64,000 bases of DNA from assembly GCA_964461265.1 (NCBI GenBank), contig CAYWTS010000001.1, forward strand, positions 161,025 to 225,024, written 5' to 3'. Source of the stretch: an uncultured Ignavibacteriales bacterium. Its GTDB lineage: Bacteria > Bacteroidota > Ignavibacteria > Tepidaquicellales > OLB5. Position 1 is the stretch's first letter, and every line of letters starts with the position of its first letter. Of the stretch, positions 25,418 through 35,015 are shown piece after piece. The position numbers and the translations under genes are program-made. The notes below the pieces were generated by a model. The model made no database searches. It saw nothing but the letters and a program-made list of their open reading frames with translations, and was not told the origin of the DNA.

Positions 25418-28258
25418 TTAAGCGTGTGCTTCAAACCAGTTTTCACCTTTCCCCACTTCAACATCAATAGGTACATTCAGCTTTAATGCACGTTTCATTT
25501 TATTAACAACTATTTTTTCAACTTCCTCAAGTTCATCTTTTTTTACCTCAAATACAAGCTCATCATGTACCTGTAAAATCATCTTCGATCTTATTTTTTC
25601 TTTCTTAAACTCCTTAAATATATTAATCATTGCCACTTTTATCATATCAGCTGCAGTACCCTGAACGGGCATATTAATGGCTATTCTCTCATCACGCTGA
25701 CGCACAACAGAGTTTTTATTGTTAATATTCGGCAAATACCTCCGTCTTCCTGTCAAAGTCTCTGTATAACCATGTTCCCGTGCGAATTTCCTAGTGTTCT
25801 CAAGCCACACCTGAACCTTTGGGTATTCTGTGAAATACGAAGTAATTAACTCCCTTGCCTCATTTTGTTCAACATCAAGCCGGCTGGAGAGTCCATAAGC
25901 CTGAATACCATAGATTATGCCAAAATTTACTTCTTTTGCTTTACGACGCATGTTAGAATCAACTTTTTCGGGTTTAACCTTAAATATTTTTGAAGCTGTA
26001 TCTCTATGTATATCATGTTTTCTCTCGAACGCCTTAATCATATTTTCATCTTCTGCCAGACTTGCCATTATTCGCAATTCTATTTGAGAATAATCAGCAG
26101 AAAGTATAATATCACCTTTTTCAGAAGGTACAAATGCTTTTCTTAATTTCCTTCCAATATCAGTTCTAATCGGTATATTTTGCAGATTTGGATTAGCTGA
26201 CGTGAGTCGCCCCGTAGCAGCAACAGTCTGGTTAAAGGAAGTGTGTACTTTCCCTGTCTTTTTATTAATCATCTCGAGCAATCCTTCAGTATAGGTAGTT
26301 CTTAACTTATTTATCGTACGGTAGTCGAGCAGCTTATTGGCTATTGAGTGTTCATGGCGTAATTCTTCAAGAACCGAAGTATCGGTCGAAAATCCTTTCT
26401 TTAATTTCTTTAAAGGCTTTAATTTTAGCTTGTCAAATAAAACTTCACCCAGCTGCTTTGGCGAATTAATATTAAACTCTGTACCTGCTAATGAATGTAT
26501 TTCTTTTTCCAGTTTCTTTTCTATTTCCATTAACTCGATATTCATATCCTGAATGAAAGCTTTATCTACCTTAACACCGTTATATTCCATATCAGCCAAT
26601 ACTTCAATAAGCGGAAATTCAATATCATTACATAACCCATCCAGATTTATTTTCTTAAGCTCGTACTCTATCCTGTGATATAATCTTAGTGTTACATCGG
26701 CATCTTCAGCTGCATAATCGGTTGTTTTTTTATAAGAAACTTTATCCAAAGTAATCATAGCTGATTTTGTGTCGCCAATTAAATCAGAGATAGGTATGCA
26801 ATGATACTTAAGATATATTTCTGATAAATAGTCCATTTTATATGTTGATTCTGGACGAAGGATATATGCAGCAATCATAGTATCAAATCCTGCGTTCTCA
26901 AGCGTAATTCCGTAATTCTTCATTACAAGCATATCATATTTAATGTTTTGTCCTATCTTTCTTATAGATTTATTTTCAAGCAGAGGTTTTAAATATTCCA
27001 GAACAAAATCTAGAGTAACTTCTGGCAATTTCTCTCCTTTTTCTAATTTCCCTGGTTTATCGAAAAGACCATTTTCAGATTTCTCAAGAAACCGCAGCGG
27101 AACATAAAAGGCTTCACCCTCATTATAAGCAAAAGACATACCTACAAGCTCTGCTGTCATCGGATTTTCGGATGTGGTTTCAGTATCAAATGAAAATTCC
27201 TCTTCGTTACTCAGCTTTTCTGCCAGACGTTTAAATTCTTCATTTGTATAAATTGTGTAATACTTATGTTTGAAAGTATTTATATTTTCAATGTTTATTT
27301 CTACCGGCTTTTCAACAGGTTTTTCTTGCTCAATTGATACAGCTTTAATTGAGATAGGCTGACCAGCACTTGTTAATTTTTTCAAAAGTGAACGGAATTC
27401 AAACTCTGTGTATAAGCGTTCAAGAAGCGTTAAGTTCTTCCCAGATGATTTGAGAGTATGATAATCTATATTAAGCGGAACGTTAGTATCTATCGTAACC
27501 AGCTCTTTTGATTTATATGCATCTTTTTTACAGGCAAAAAGATTTTCTTTTAATTTTGTTTTGGTTATTTTATGCAGGTTCTTGTAAAGATTATCGAGTG
27601 AGCCAAATTCCTGAATTAATGCCGTGGCTGTTTTTTCACCTACTCCTTTAACACCGGGTACATTATCAACCGAATCACCCATAAGTGCAAGAACATCCGT
27701 TACCTGCTCAGGATTAACACCGAATTTTTCCTTAACACCGTCAATACCTATTATTTCAACCTCTGTACCTATGCCACCTGTTCCCGCTCTTGAAGTCCGT
27801 GCCGGCTTATACATCCATATATGCTTATCGATGAGCTGCATATAATCTTTATCGGGTGTAACCATATAGCTCCAGGTATTTTCAAGCTCAGCTTTCTTAA
27901 CCAGTGTTCCTATAATATCATCAGCTTCGTAACCGCTAAGTTCTATCATAGGTATGTTGTAAGCTGAGATTACTTCCTTAATACGGTTTATTTGAGGGAC
28001 AAGGTCATCGGGCATTGCCTCTCTTGTAGCTTTGTATTCTGGATAGATTTTATGCCTGAATGTAGGTTCAGCCGTATCGAAAGCGACTGCAATATAATCG
28101 GGAGTTTCAATTTCAAGCAGTTTGTTAAGGGTATTAATAAAGCCAAAAATTGCCGATGTATTCATGCCTTTTGAATTAACCAGCGGTGTGCGTATCATTG
28201 AAAAATACGCACGGTAAGTTAAAGCCATTCCGTCAAGTAGAAAGAGTTTTTTAGCCAT
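25418..28258 (-). CDS. polA: DNA polymerase I
   Basis: 5'-3' exonuclease (EADD, DKD, GDSVDNVPGVKGVG), intact 3'-5' exonuclease motifs (FDTET, NIKYD, YAAEDAD) and polymerase motifs (DYSQIELR, AKEVNFGIIYG, QVHDEL). Confidence 0.98.
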   Translation of the reverse strand: MAKKLFLLDGMALTYRAYFSMIRTPLVNSKGMNTSAIFGFINTLNKLLEIETPDYIAVAFDTAEPTFRHKIYPEYKATREAMPDDLVPQINRIKEVISAYNIPMIELSGYEADDIIGTLVKKAELENTWSYMVTPDKDYMQLIDKHIWMYKPARTSRAGTGGIGTEVEIIGIDGVKEKFGVNPEQVTDVLALMGDSVDNVPGVKGVGEKTATALIQEFGSLDNLYKNLHKITKTKLKENLFACKKDAYKSKELVTIDTNVPLNIDYHTLKSSGKNLTLLERLYTEFEFRSLLKKLTSAGQPISIKAVSIEQEKPVEKPVEINIENINTFKHKYYTIYTNEEFKRLAEKLSNEEEFSFDTETTSENPMTAELVGMSFAYNEGEAFYVPLRFLEKSENGLFDKPGKLEKGEKLPEVTLDFVLEYLKPLLENKSIRKIGQNIKYDMLVMKNYGITLENAGFDTMIAAYILRPESTYKMDYLSEIYLKYHCIPISDLIGDTKSAMITLDKVSYKKTTDYAAEDADVTLRLYHRIEYELKKINLDGLCNDIEFPLIEVLADMEYNGVKVDKAFIQDMNIELMEIEKKLEKEIHSLAGTEFNINSPKQLGEVLFDKLKLKPLKKLKKGFSTDTSVLEELRHEHSIANKLLDYRTINKLRTTYTEGLLEMINKKTGKVHTSFNQTVAATGRLTSANPNLQNIPIRTDIGRKLRKAFVPSEKGDIILSADYSQIELRIMASLAEDENMIKAFERKHDIHRDTASKIFKVKPEKVDSNMRRKAKEVNFGIIYGIQAYGLSSRLDVEQNEARELITSYFTEYPKVQVWLENTRKFAREHGYTETLTGRRRYLPNINNKNSVVRQRDERIAINMPVQGTAADMIKVAMINIFKEFKKEKIRSKMILQVHDELVFEVKKDELEEVEKIVVNKMKRALKLNVPIDVEVGKGENWFEAHA

Positions 28259-28262
28259 AAAT

Positions 28263-28601
28263 TTATTCTTTTCCGTATTTAATGACCTTTACAGGTTCTT
28301 CCGTAATTAAGGCACTGCCAATCATACCTGTTTCATCAAATACTTTCTTTAATTCCTCGATTTTTTCTTCTGTATCAACAATTTCTATTACAATAGGTAA
28401 ATCAGAGGATAATTCAAGTATATTGGATGTATGAATTCTGCTGGCTTTTCCAAAACCCGTTACCCCTCTTAAAACAGTAATACCTGAAAAATGATTTTTC
28501 CTTAGATACTCTGTTAAATACTGGTAAAGATTTTTACCTTTAAATTTGTCACTTTCACCAATAAATATTCTTAAAAGCCTTGCAGTTGATTCTTTCAGCA
28601 T
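28263..28601 (-). CDS. DUF190 (PII-like) protein, usual crcB partner
   Basis: LRIFIGESDK, GITVLRGVTGFG and LSSDLPIVIEIVD. Confidence 0.9.
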   Translation of the reverse strand: MLKESTARLLRIFIGESDKFKGKNLYQYLTEYLRKNHFSGITVLRGVTGFGKASRIHTSNILELSSDLPIVIEIVDTEEKIEELKKVFDETGMIGSALITEEPVKVIKYGKE

Positions 28602-28602
28602 G

Positions 28603-28980
28603 TTATTTAGTAATTAATATTGAAAATTCTTTTCCAAAATAAACTGCAGCAAACGATAATACTACATTTAATAAAATATTCAGTATTAAAAGTGTGAATT
28701 CTCCCAGCTCAAGCATACGGAACGACTCATAAGCAAAAGTCGACATAGTGGTAAACCCTCCTATGAAACCGATAGCTAAAAAATCTCTGAATTCAGCGGG
28801 TATATTCTTTCCGAAAAGTGTTGAATACAATACAAATCCAAGTAAAAAGCTTCCTAAAACATTTACAAGTAATGTTCCCAGAGGAAATACAGATGTAAAT
28901 CCAGATGTAAATCTTGAAACTAAATACCGCAAGATAGCCCCAATAAACCCCCCTGCGCCTATATATAAAATATGAAGCAT
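28603..28980 (-). CDS. crcB: Fluoride channel Fluc/CrcB
   Basis: GGFIGAILRY, FPLGTLLVN and GFIGGFTTMSTF. Confidence 0.95.
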   Translation of the reverse strand: MLHILYIGAGGFIGAILRYLVSRFTSGFTSVFPLGTLLVNVLGSFLLGFVLYSTLFGKNIPAEFRDFLAIGFIGGFTTMSTFAYESFRMLELGEFTLLILNILLNVVLSFAAVYFGKEFSILITK

Positions 28981-29214
28981 GTTATTAAAATTAATACACT
29001 AACTATATTAGAAAAATAACAATTAAGAGACTTTAAAACAATTTATTATGAGTTCCTAGAGGAAAATATGTGTGTGGAGTTGATGCGTATTATCACTGTG
29101 AGTTGAAATTAAAAATTAATTGTAAAAAATTTGTTTTATGAAGACTTGGATATTAATTTAAAGGATTATTTCCAAATATTATCAAAACAAGTAATTAATA
29201 AATTGCCCAGAAAA

Positions 29215-30117
29215 TTATTTACCGTAAACTTGTTTAGGCTCCAGATATTTGGGAAATCTTTCTAACAAAGCTTTTCTAACATTATAACACAGATGACAAG
29301 CATCAATATACCCTTCTTCGTGTTCAACTTTAAATTTCCTGCATAATTCTGCCGGACCGCCCTTTTTTAATGGTGCACAGATAGGATGTAACTTTGCATT
29401 ATAATTCTGAATTATTTCACTAAGCGGGGTTTTCCACATATTGCCTATGCTTATACCCTGGCAGATGTGTACGTTACCATATGCATCTAAATGGACTCTA
29501 TCCGGTTTTTCTAGTTCTTCATACGGGCATTCATTAAATTCTTTCCAGTTTCTTCGCGGTAAATCGTCTGTAATTAGTTTATCTACAGCCCTGCCTTTAA
29601 ACATCACATCACCGCCTATAACTGGCTGACCCTTTTCATACTTTGAGTCCTTAACATATTCTATCTTCGGTTCTTCAATGCAAATACTTCCAACAGGTAA
29701 TCCAAGTTTTTTTGCCGCTTCGATAGCATACTTAGCAGGTGTTTCTTTTTCATCACCACTATGGAAAGTATCGTCACTTATACTTAAATCCGATATTCCA
29801 AATTCTATTAACGGTTTTAGCCAAACTTCTGCGTCTTCAACAGTGTTTGCATAAAATGCATTTGTAACTATACCGGTTTTAAATCCATTGCTTTTAGCAA
29901 GTTTTAATCCCTCAAGCATAACTGGATAATACAGAAATGGCTCGCCGCCTTCAAAATATATCCACTGGATTGTACCTATTTTAACAGCTTCTTCAAGAAC
30001 TTTTTTTATTTGTTGAAGAGTAAAAGTTCCTTCAGCATCAGGACTGCTGTATACAAAGCAGTGGTCGCATTCGAAAATGCATTTATATGTAAGTAATATG
30101 TGTAAACCGGTTAACAT
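29215..30117 (-). CDS. Radical SAM protein with a Cys-containing C-terminal (SPASM/twitch-like) region
   Basis: CIFECDHC (CxxxCxxC), GGEP and IVTNA, with C-terminal CPY...C...C...CHLC. Confidence 0.9.
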   Translation of the reverse strand: MLTGLHILLTYKCIFECDHCFVYSSPDAEGTFTLQQIKKVLEEAVKIGTIQWIYFEGGEPFLYYPVMLEGLKLAKSNGFKTGIVTNAFYANTVEDAEVWLKPLIEFGISDLSISDDTFHSGDEKETPAKYAIEAAKKLGLPVGSICIEEPKIEYVKDSKYEKGQPVIGGDVMFKGRAVDKLITDDLPRRNWKEFNECPYEELEKPDRVHLDAYGNVHICQGISIGNMWKTPLSEIIQNYNAKLHPICAPLKKGGPAELCRKFKVEHEEGYIDACHLCYNVRKALLERFPKYLEPKQVYGK

Positions 30118-30126
30118 ATATTTAAC

Positions 30127-30146
30127 ATTCCCTTGAAAACGGGAAT
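30127..30146. repeat. dRS3-like palindrome ATTCCC-N8-GGGAAT
   Basis: attcccttgaaaacgggaat, 9 nt upstream of the radical SAM ATG. Confidence 0.8.
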
Positions 30147-30267
30147 TTATATTTTAATTAATTCAAAAGCTTAAAACTCCTTTATTTCTAAATTCAAAAC
30201 TTAAAAGTAAGTAAATACCCCGATTATTATTTGGACTTTGATATTATAACTTATTTTCTCGTTTACA

Positions 30268-30283
30268 GCCTGCAGCAGGCAGG
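30268..30283. repeat. CCTGC-family palindrome
   Basis: gcctgc a gcaggc agg. Confidence 0.65.
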
Positions 30284-30304
30284 AACTTTGCCATTTGAAC
30301 CTCC

Positions 30305-32506
30305 CTACGGGATATCCACACCTATCCCGTAGCATTCATACTTTACATCTTTCGGATTTCGCCATTCGGAATTATTTTTCCATATTGTTGACTGAGTTTC
30401 TATATTATTATTATAATCATAATTAAAGTAATTATCTTCACCGCCCGTATCAATAAACATTCCGAAACTCTTAGCATGAGAGTTAAAAGGTAAAATATAC
30501 TCTTCACGAACATCTGATGAACCCATGCCTATTTCATTTTCAGGCAATTTATAAGTATCGTTACCTCCGATTTCTATGAAAAAAGCATTAGACCTTATTT
30601 CTGATGAACCGATAGCAATTTTTTTGGCTTCGTAAAAATCATTACCTCCGGAATTATACAGCAAAGCAATTACATAATCCCATCCAAAAGCTAAACCCGC
30701 ACCTGCCCAGCCATACCCGGCTACAGTTTTCGGGTCACCCCATAACACATATTTATCATTACCGCCATCGTCTATCATTGTGCCTACAGCATAATGAGCT
30801 CCCGAAGCCTGGGTAAAATAACAGCTGCTGTAAGTATCATTTCCCCTGCCATCGTAAAGGAATCCCATTCCAAGCCAGTAACCAACGCCCATGTTCCAAT
30901 TACCCGCATAATATGAATCATCTCCTGTTAAATCTATCAAAAATCCAATTCCACCTCCATAGCAATGCCCGTCTGTCATATCAGCACGCCTGCCCCATCC
31001 TGCACCCATGGAGCAATTAGCAATTATATCACCACCCGAGTGATAATCACCCGGTAAACCAGATTTGCTTGCATATGGTTCTGAATAATAACTATCATTC
31101 CCCGCAGCGTCAGCAAGAACACCCACCCCGCCAAATGCACCGTATCCCTCACCTTCACTCGATAGACTGTATTTATCGTTGCCGGATGCATCAGCAAGCA
31201 TTCCTATACCGTTATATGAGGCACCAATACCTCTTAAACGGCAGTAATACGAATCATCACCATTCAAATCGAATAATGCAGAAAAACCCATATCACTCCA
31301 TCCCAGACTTTCCTGCTCGGTATCATAAATATCATCACCATTTACATCACAAAGCAAGCTGACACCAAAGGAAGATGAACAAATCTTTTCATCCTTACCG
31401 CTTTTAAAAATATCATTACCTTTAAAATCGATATAAAGACTTACCATCTGTTTATTGTTTGTAACTGCTGCATTATTATATACATCATTTCCACCCCATT
31501 CTAATAAAAATAAGACATTTTCTTTTTGTTTATATGTGTCGTTATTTTTAGAACCCATTATAAAAAGTCCAAATGGTGTGTACAGTTTTAGTGTTTTTTC
31601 TGAAGGTCTTATGCTGTCTTTGTTATTAGTCAGCAGGTTAATAATGTTACCGCTAAGCTCTGATGTTTTCAAAGCAGTATACCATAATGATGCCATATCG
31701 AAGCCACCTGCTTCTGAAAGAATCCTCTCCCTTATCCGCAGGTATTCCTCAGACTCGAACCTGTCAATACTGTTTTTTGGAAAATTAAAGTATCTGTCTA
31801 ATACATTCTTATCAGAAAACTGATATGCCCTTAATGCCTGTTCGTTAGCAAGTGCAAGGTTAAGCAGAATATATGAATAAAATCGCTGTTCAAAACTATT
31901 TAATTTTTTTGCAAATGTTCTCCACTCAGCTTTAGCTTCTTTCCAGCTTTGTTTTGCCTCAGATGAATTAAGCAGATTATATTTTATACTTATTTTTTCT
32001 GTTTTTTCGAGAGCATATTCAACAGGAGATTTCAATATTGAAGTATCTGAATTAGTTTCCCATCCACGTTTTTCTTTGGGAAACCATCTGTCGTCAAGAT
32101 TAGCGCCATAAGACCTGAATCCTGAATAAATCCTATCGATTCCGAGACTATGTGATATCTTATAAATTGCCTGTGGATTGTTTATGATAGTATCAGGAAT
32201 AAGCCATCTTTCAACACGTGATGCTGCCTGCCTTACATAGGTATATATTTTATCAGGTTCTGAAAATAAATCATTAAAAACAGGGAGCGTGTATAATAAT
32301 TGGTTATGATGGGGATAAGTCATCCAGTATGATTTCGGATTATAACCCAGGTCGCTGCGGTTTTTACCAAGTATAGAAAGAACATTATCTATTGGCGCAG
32401 CATCATAAAGCGTATATGAGATATTATTTACTATTTTATCATTATTTTGAGAAAACGTAAAACTATCAAAGTTAAATAAGATTATTATTAATAAAAGATA
32501 CTTCAT
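30305..32506 (-). CDS. Secreted hypothetical protein with about 12 hhDxxG(N/D)DxY repeats
   Basis: Signal peptide ending FTFSQ. Repeats include LCDVNGDDIY, FDLNGDDSY, ADASGNDKY, IDLTGDDSY and IDDGGNDKY. Confidence 0.85.
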   Translation of the reverse strand: MKYLLLIIILFNFDSFTFSQNNDKIVNNISYTLYDAAPIDNVLSILGKNRSDLGYNPKSYWMTYPHHNQLLYTLPVFNDLFSEPDKIYTYVRQAASRVERWLIPDTIINNPQAIYKISHSLGIDRIYSGFRSYGANLDDRWFPKEKRGWETNSDTSILKSPVEYALEKTEKISIKYNLLNSSEAKQSWKEAKAEWRTFAKKLNSFEQRFYSYILLNLALANEQALRAYQFSDKNVLDRYFNFPKNSIDRFESEEYLRIRERILSEAGGFDMASLWYTALKTSELSGNIINLLTNNKDSIRPSEKTLKLYTPFGLFIMGSKNNDTYKQKENVLFLLEWGGNDVYNNAAVTNNKQMVSLYIDFKGNDIFKSGKDEKICSSSFGVSLLCDVNGDDIYDTEQESLGWSDMGFSALFDLNGDDSYYCRLRGIGASYNGIGMLADASGNDKYSLSSEGEGYGAFGGVGVLADAAGNDSYYSEPYASKSGLPGDYHSGGDIIANCSMGAGWGRRADMTDGHCYGGGIGFLIDLTGDDSYYAGNWNMGVGYWLGMGFLYDGRGNDTYSSCYFTQASGAHYAVGTMIDDGGNDKYVLWGDPKTVAGYGWAGAGLAFGWDYVIALLYNSGGNDFYEAKKIAIGSSEIRSNAFFIEIGGNDTYKLPENEIGMGSSDVREEYILPFNSHAKSFGMFIDTGGEDNYFNYDYNNNIETQSTIWKNNSEWRNPKDVKYECYGIGVDIP

Positions 32507-32747
32507 AATTTATTTAAGTTTCCATTATAAGATGTTTTAATTTAAAGCAGTGCTTCTATGCAGTTAAAGCCCAAGATTGAACAAAAGCTGCAGGTTAGTA
32601 TAAATAAAATCCTAATATTTAATTAATAAATTAGATATTATCTAATAAACTTACTAACCATTTATGTATAATAATTGTTTATTGTAAGAATGTTTATTTA
32701 AAATTAAATTTGTCAATTATTTAATAATTAACCAATTAATTTATATA

Positions 32748-33632
32748 ATGAAAAAACTTATAGGAACCGGCACTGCCTTAGTAACTCCATTCAAAACCGA
32801 TAAAAGTATTGATGTGATGGCTTTCAGTAAACTAGTCGATTGGCAAATTGAAAATAAAATTGAATTTCTTGTTCCGTGCGGCTCAACGGGAGAAGGTGCT
32901 ACGATGAGCAGGGACGAAAAACTGAAAGTTATTAAAATTGTCCTCGAACAGACTAACGGCAGAGTTCCCGTAGTAGCAGGAACCGGAACAAATTCAACAA
33001 TCGATTCAGTAAAGCTTACAAATGATGCGTATAAAATTGGTGTAAGATATGTTCTGGTAGTAGGACCATACTATAACAAACCCACACAGCAGGGATTTTA
33101 TGAACATTTTAAAGCAATTGCAGAAAGCTGCCCGGTTAAAATAGTGATATATAATGTACCGGGGCGTACAGGCAGCAACATACTGCCGGAAACGATACTG
33201 AAACTGGCAAGTGATTTCAAAAATATTATAGGTGTTAAAGAAGCATCGAACGTAATGGAGCAGGTAATGCAAATTATTAAACATAAACCAAACGGATTTT
33301 CAGTTCTCTCTGGTGAAGATTCACTTACCCTGCCGATTATTACTTCAGGCGGCGATGGCGTAATTAGTGTCATATCCAATGAAGTGCCAATGGAGTTTGG
33401 TAATATGGTCCGTTACGCATTAAAAGGTAATCTGAAAAAAGCACAAAATATTCATTACAAGCTGTTTGACCTGATGAAGGCAAATTTCCTTGAGTCAAAT
33501 CCTATCCCGGTTAAAACAGCATTAGCAATTATGAAAAAGATTGATGAAAATTTCAGGCTGCCGTTAACCAATATGTCAGCACCCAAGAAAACCAAACTTA
33601 AAGAAATATTAAGAAAACTCAGATTAGTATAA
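32748..33632 (+). CDS. dapA: 4-hydroxy-tetrahydrodipicolinate synthase
   Basis: ALVTPF, CGSTGEG, PYYNKPTQQG, YNVPGRTG, GVKEAS and NPIPVK. Confidence 0.97.
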   Translation: MKKLIGTGTALVTPFKTDKSIDVMAFSKLVDWQIENKIEFLVPCGSTGEGATMSRDEKLKVIKIVLEQTNGRVPVVAGTGTNSTIDSVKLTNDAYKIGVRYVLVVGPYYNKPTQQGFYEHFKAIAESCPVKIVIYNVPGRTGSNILPETILKLASDFKNIIGVKEASNVMEQVMQIIKHKPNGFSVLSGEDSLTLPIITSGGDGVISVISNEVPMEFGNMVRYALKGNLKKAQNIHYKLFDLMKANFLESNPIPVKTALAIMKKIDENFRLPLTNMSAPKKTKLKEILRKLRLV

Positions 33633-33666
33633 AAAAATCCCGTATAAATTGAAACGGGATTTTAAA
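33633..33666. terminator. Bidirectional intrinsic terminator between convergent genes
   Basis: aaaaatcccgt...acgggattttaaa. Confidence 0.8.
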
Positions 33667-33687
33667 ATATTAACATATGTGATTTTG

Positions 33688-34710
33688 TTACTTTCGATGA
33701 CGTATCAAAATTTTATATTTCTTAATTAATCGTTTTACCCTTGGAGAACGTTTAAATTTTTTTGGTTTTTCCTTAATCTTTACCTTACCGGTATTTTTAT
33801 CGATCTCTAATTTTTTAAATTTCGGTTTATACAGTTTTACATCATTTTCACCGACTACTGTTTTACGTTTTTCCTCCAGATATTTTAATTCTCTTTGTTT
33901 TAATATTTTCCCTGTTCTTATTTCAATATCTTTTACGTCAGGCCCGTTATTTATCATCTTGTTGTTTTCAAAACGTATGTCAAGAACTCTTTGTGATTTC
34001 GGGATAAGGCTAGAATTCTTAGTTGCAAGTACTATTTCCGAAGAGTTTATTGGATTTTGAAACTTTGATTTCTCTACAAATACCCAGTCTTCATCTTTAT
34101 TCTTAAATTTGTATACAGCTTCATTGATACCATCCTCTACTTTCCACTTTGCTTTAGGAGAAAGAGCACACCATCCAATGTGGTTTTCGGATATCAGCCA
34201 TTGAACCCATGCAGGAGACCATACTTTACCCGGTAACCAAACCCAGCCATATTTAGATGATTTCCACCATCTTCCGTAATGGAAGACAGCCCATCCCCAC
34301 TTTTCATCAGAAGCCCATAACCATCCATGATCGGTATAAACCCACTGTCCGTTTATGTACGGTTTCCAATCTTCATCTGTGTTCTTAGGCCTCCAGATAA
34401 ATAAAAACTCATTTTCAGGATCCTGCATCGATGAATAACTCTCCCCGCTCCCATCATTCATTTCTTCATCAATTTCCTCTTTTGTAATCTGTATCCACTC
34501 TCCGACTGGAAAAAGAGCATCATAAAATTCAGAGAATGAAACATCGGTGGAAAATAGATTCTCAATTGTGTTTTCATCAAGCGAAGTAAGTGAAAAATCA
34601 ATATTTTTGATTTTTTCAAGAAAAAGGCTGTCTGAATCCTGAGGATACAACTCAGTACACAGGATGGTAAATATCGACAATATATACGAATATTTCACAT
34701 ATTTAGACAA
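33688..34710 (-). CDS. DUF6600 (Trp-rich YxxGxW) domain secreted protein
   Basis: WRP...WKPYINGQWVYTDHGWLW...WGWAVFHYGRW...GWVWLPG.VWSPAWV. TTG start with a GGGGG Shine-Dalgarno-like motif. Confidence 0.85.
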   Translation of the reverse strand: MSKYVKYSYILSIFTILCTELYPQDSDSLFLEKIKNIDFSLTSLDENTIENLFSTDVSFSEFYDALFPVGEWIQITKEEIDEEMNDGSGESYSSMQDPENEFLFIWRPKNTDEDWKPYINGQWVYTDHGWLWASDEKWGWAVFHYGRWWKSSKYGWVWLPGKVWSPAWVQWLISENHIGWCALSPKAKWKVEDGINEAVYKFKNKDEDWVFVEKSKFQNPINSSEIVLATKNSSLIPKSQRVLDIRFENNKMINNGPDVKDIEIRTGKILKQRELKYLEEKRKTVVGENDVKLYKPKFKKLEIDKNTGKVKIKEKPKKFKRSPRVKRLIKKYKILIRHRK

Positions 34711-35015
34711 ATGTATATATCCCCCCTTAAATAAGGAGTATAAAACGACCCTTTTAATAACTTTGACAATATTACCAATAAAAAGTTTAATGAAAATTAC
34801 TATAATCGTTTAATTACCTCAAGTTTAAAAGCTTCGTGTTTAAAAACCGTTGGCGCTATAGCTCCGCAAGTGAATAGGTTACTTATCAGTATTTTCTGCT
34901 AGGTCCCAAGTCTGTTTACGACTCCTTAAAGTCAAGACTCCTGGAGGAGCCGTGGGTTAATAAATATCCGTTATAAAAAGAAAATCAAATAAATCGATTA
35001 ACTTTAGTAATTTTG

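Noticed and set aside
27770-27815. GC-rich RTSRAGTGGIGT loop in PolA as a repeat insertion
   Set aside because: There is no clear dyad and no in-window paralogue to define an indel, so the evidence is insufficient.
29041-29110. Fluoride riboswitch upstream of crcB
   Set aside because: It is expected from context, but I could not find the GGxGAUGGxGUUCxCC...UAAUGAxxCCUA pattern on the minus strand.
34848-34960. GC-rich patches (ccgttggcgctatagctcc; gactcctggaggagcc) downstream of DUF58
   Set aside because: They are probably further repeat remnants, but I could not derive a consistent fold or family match.
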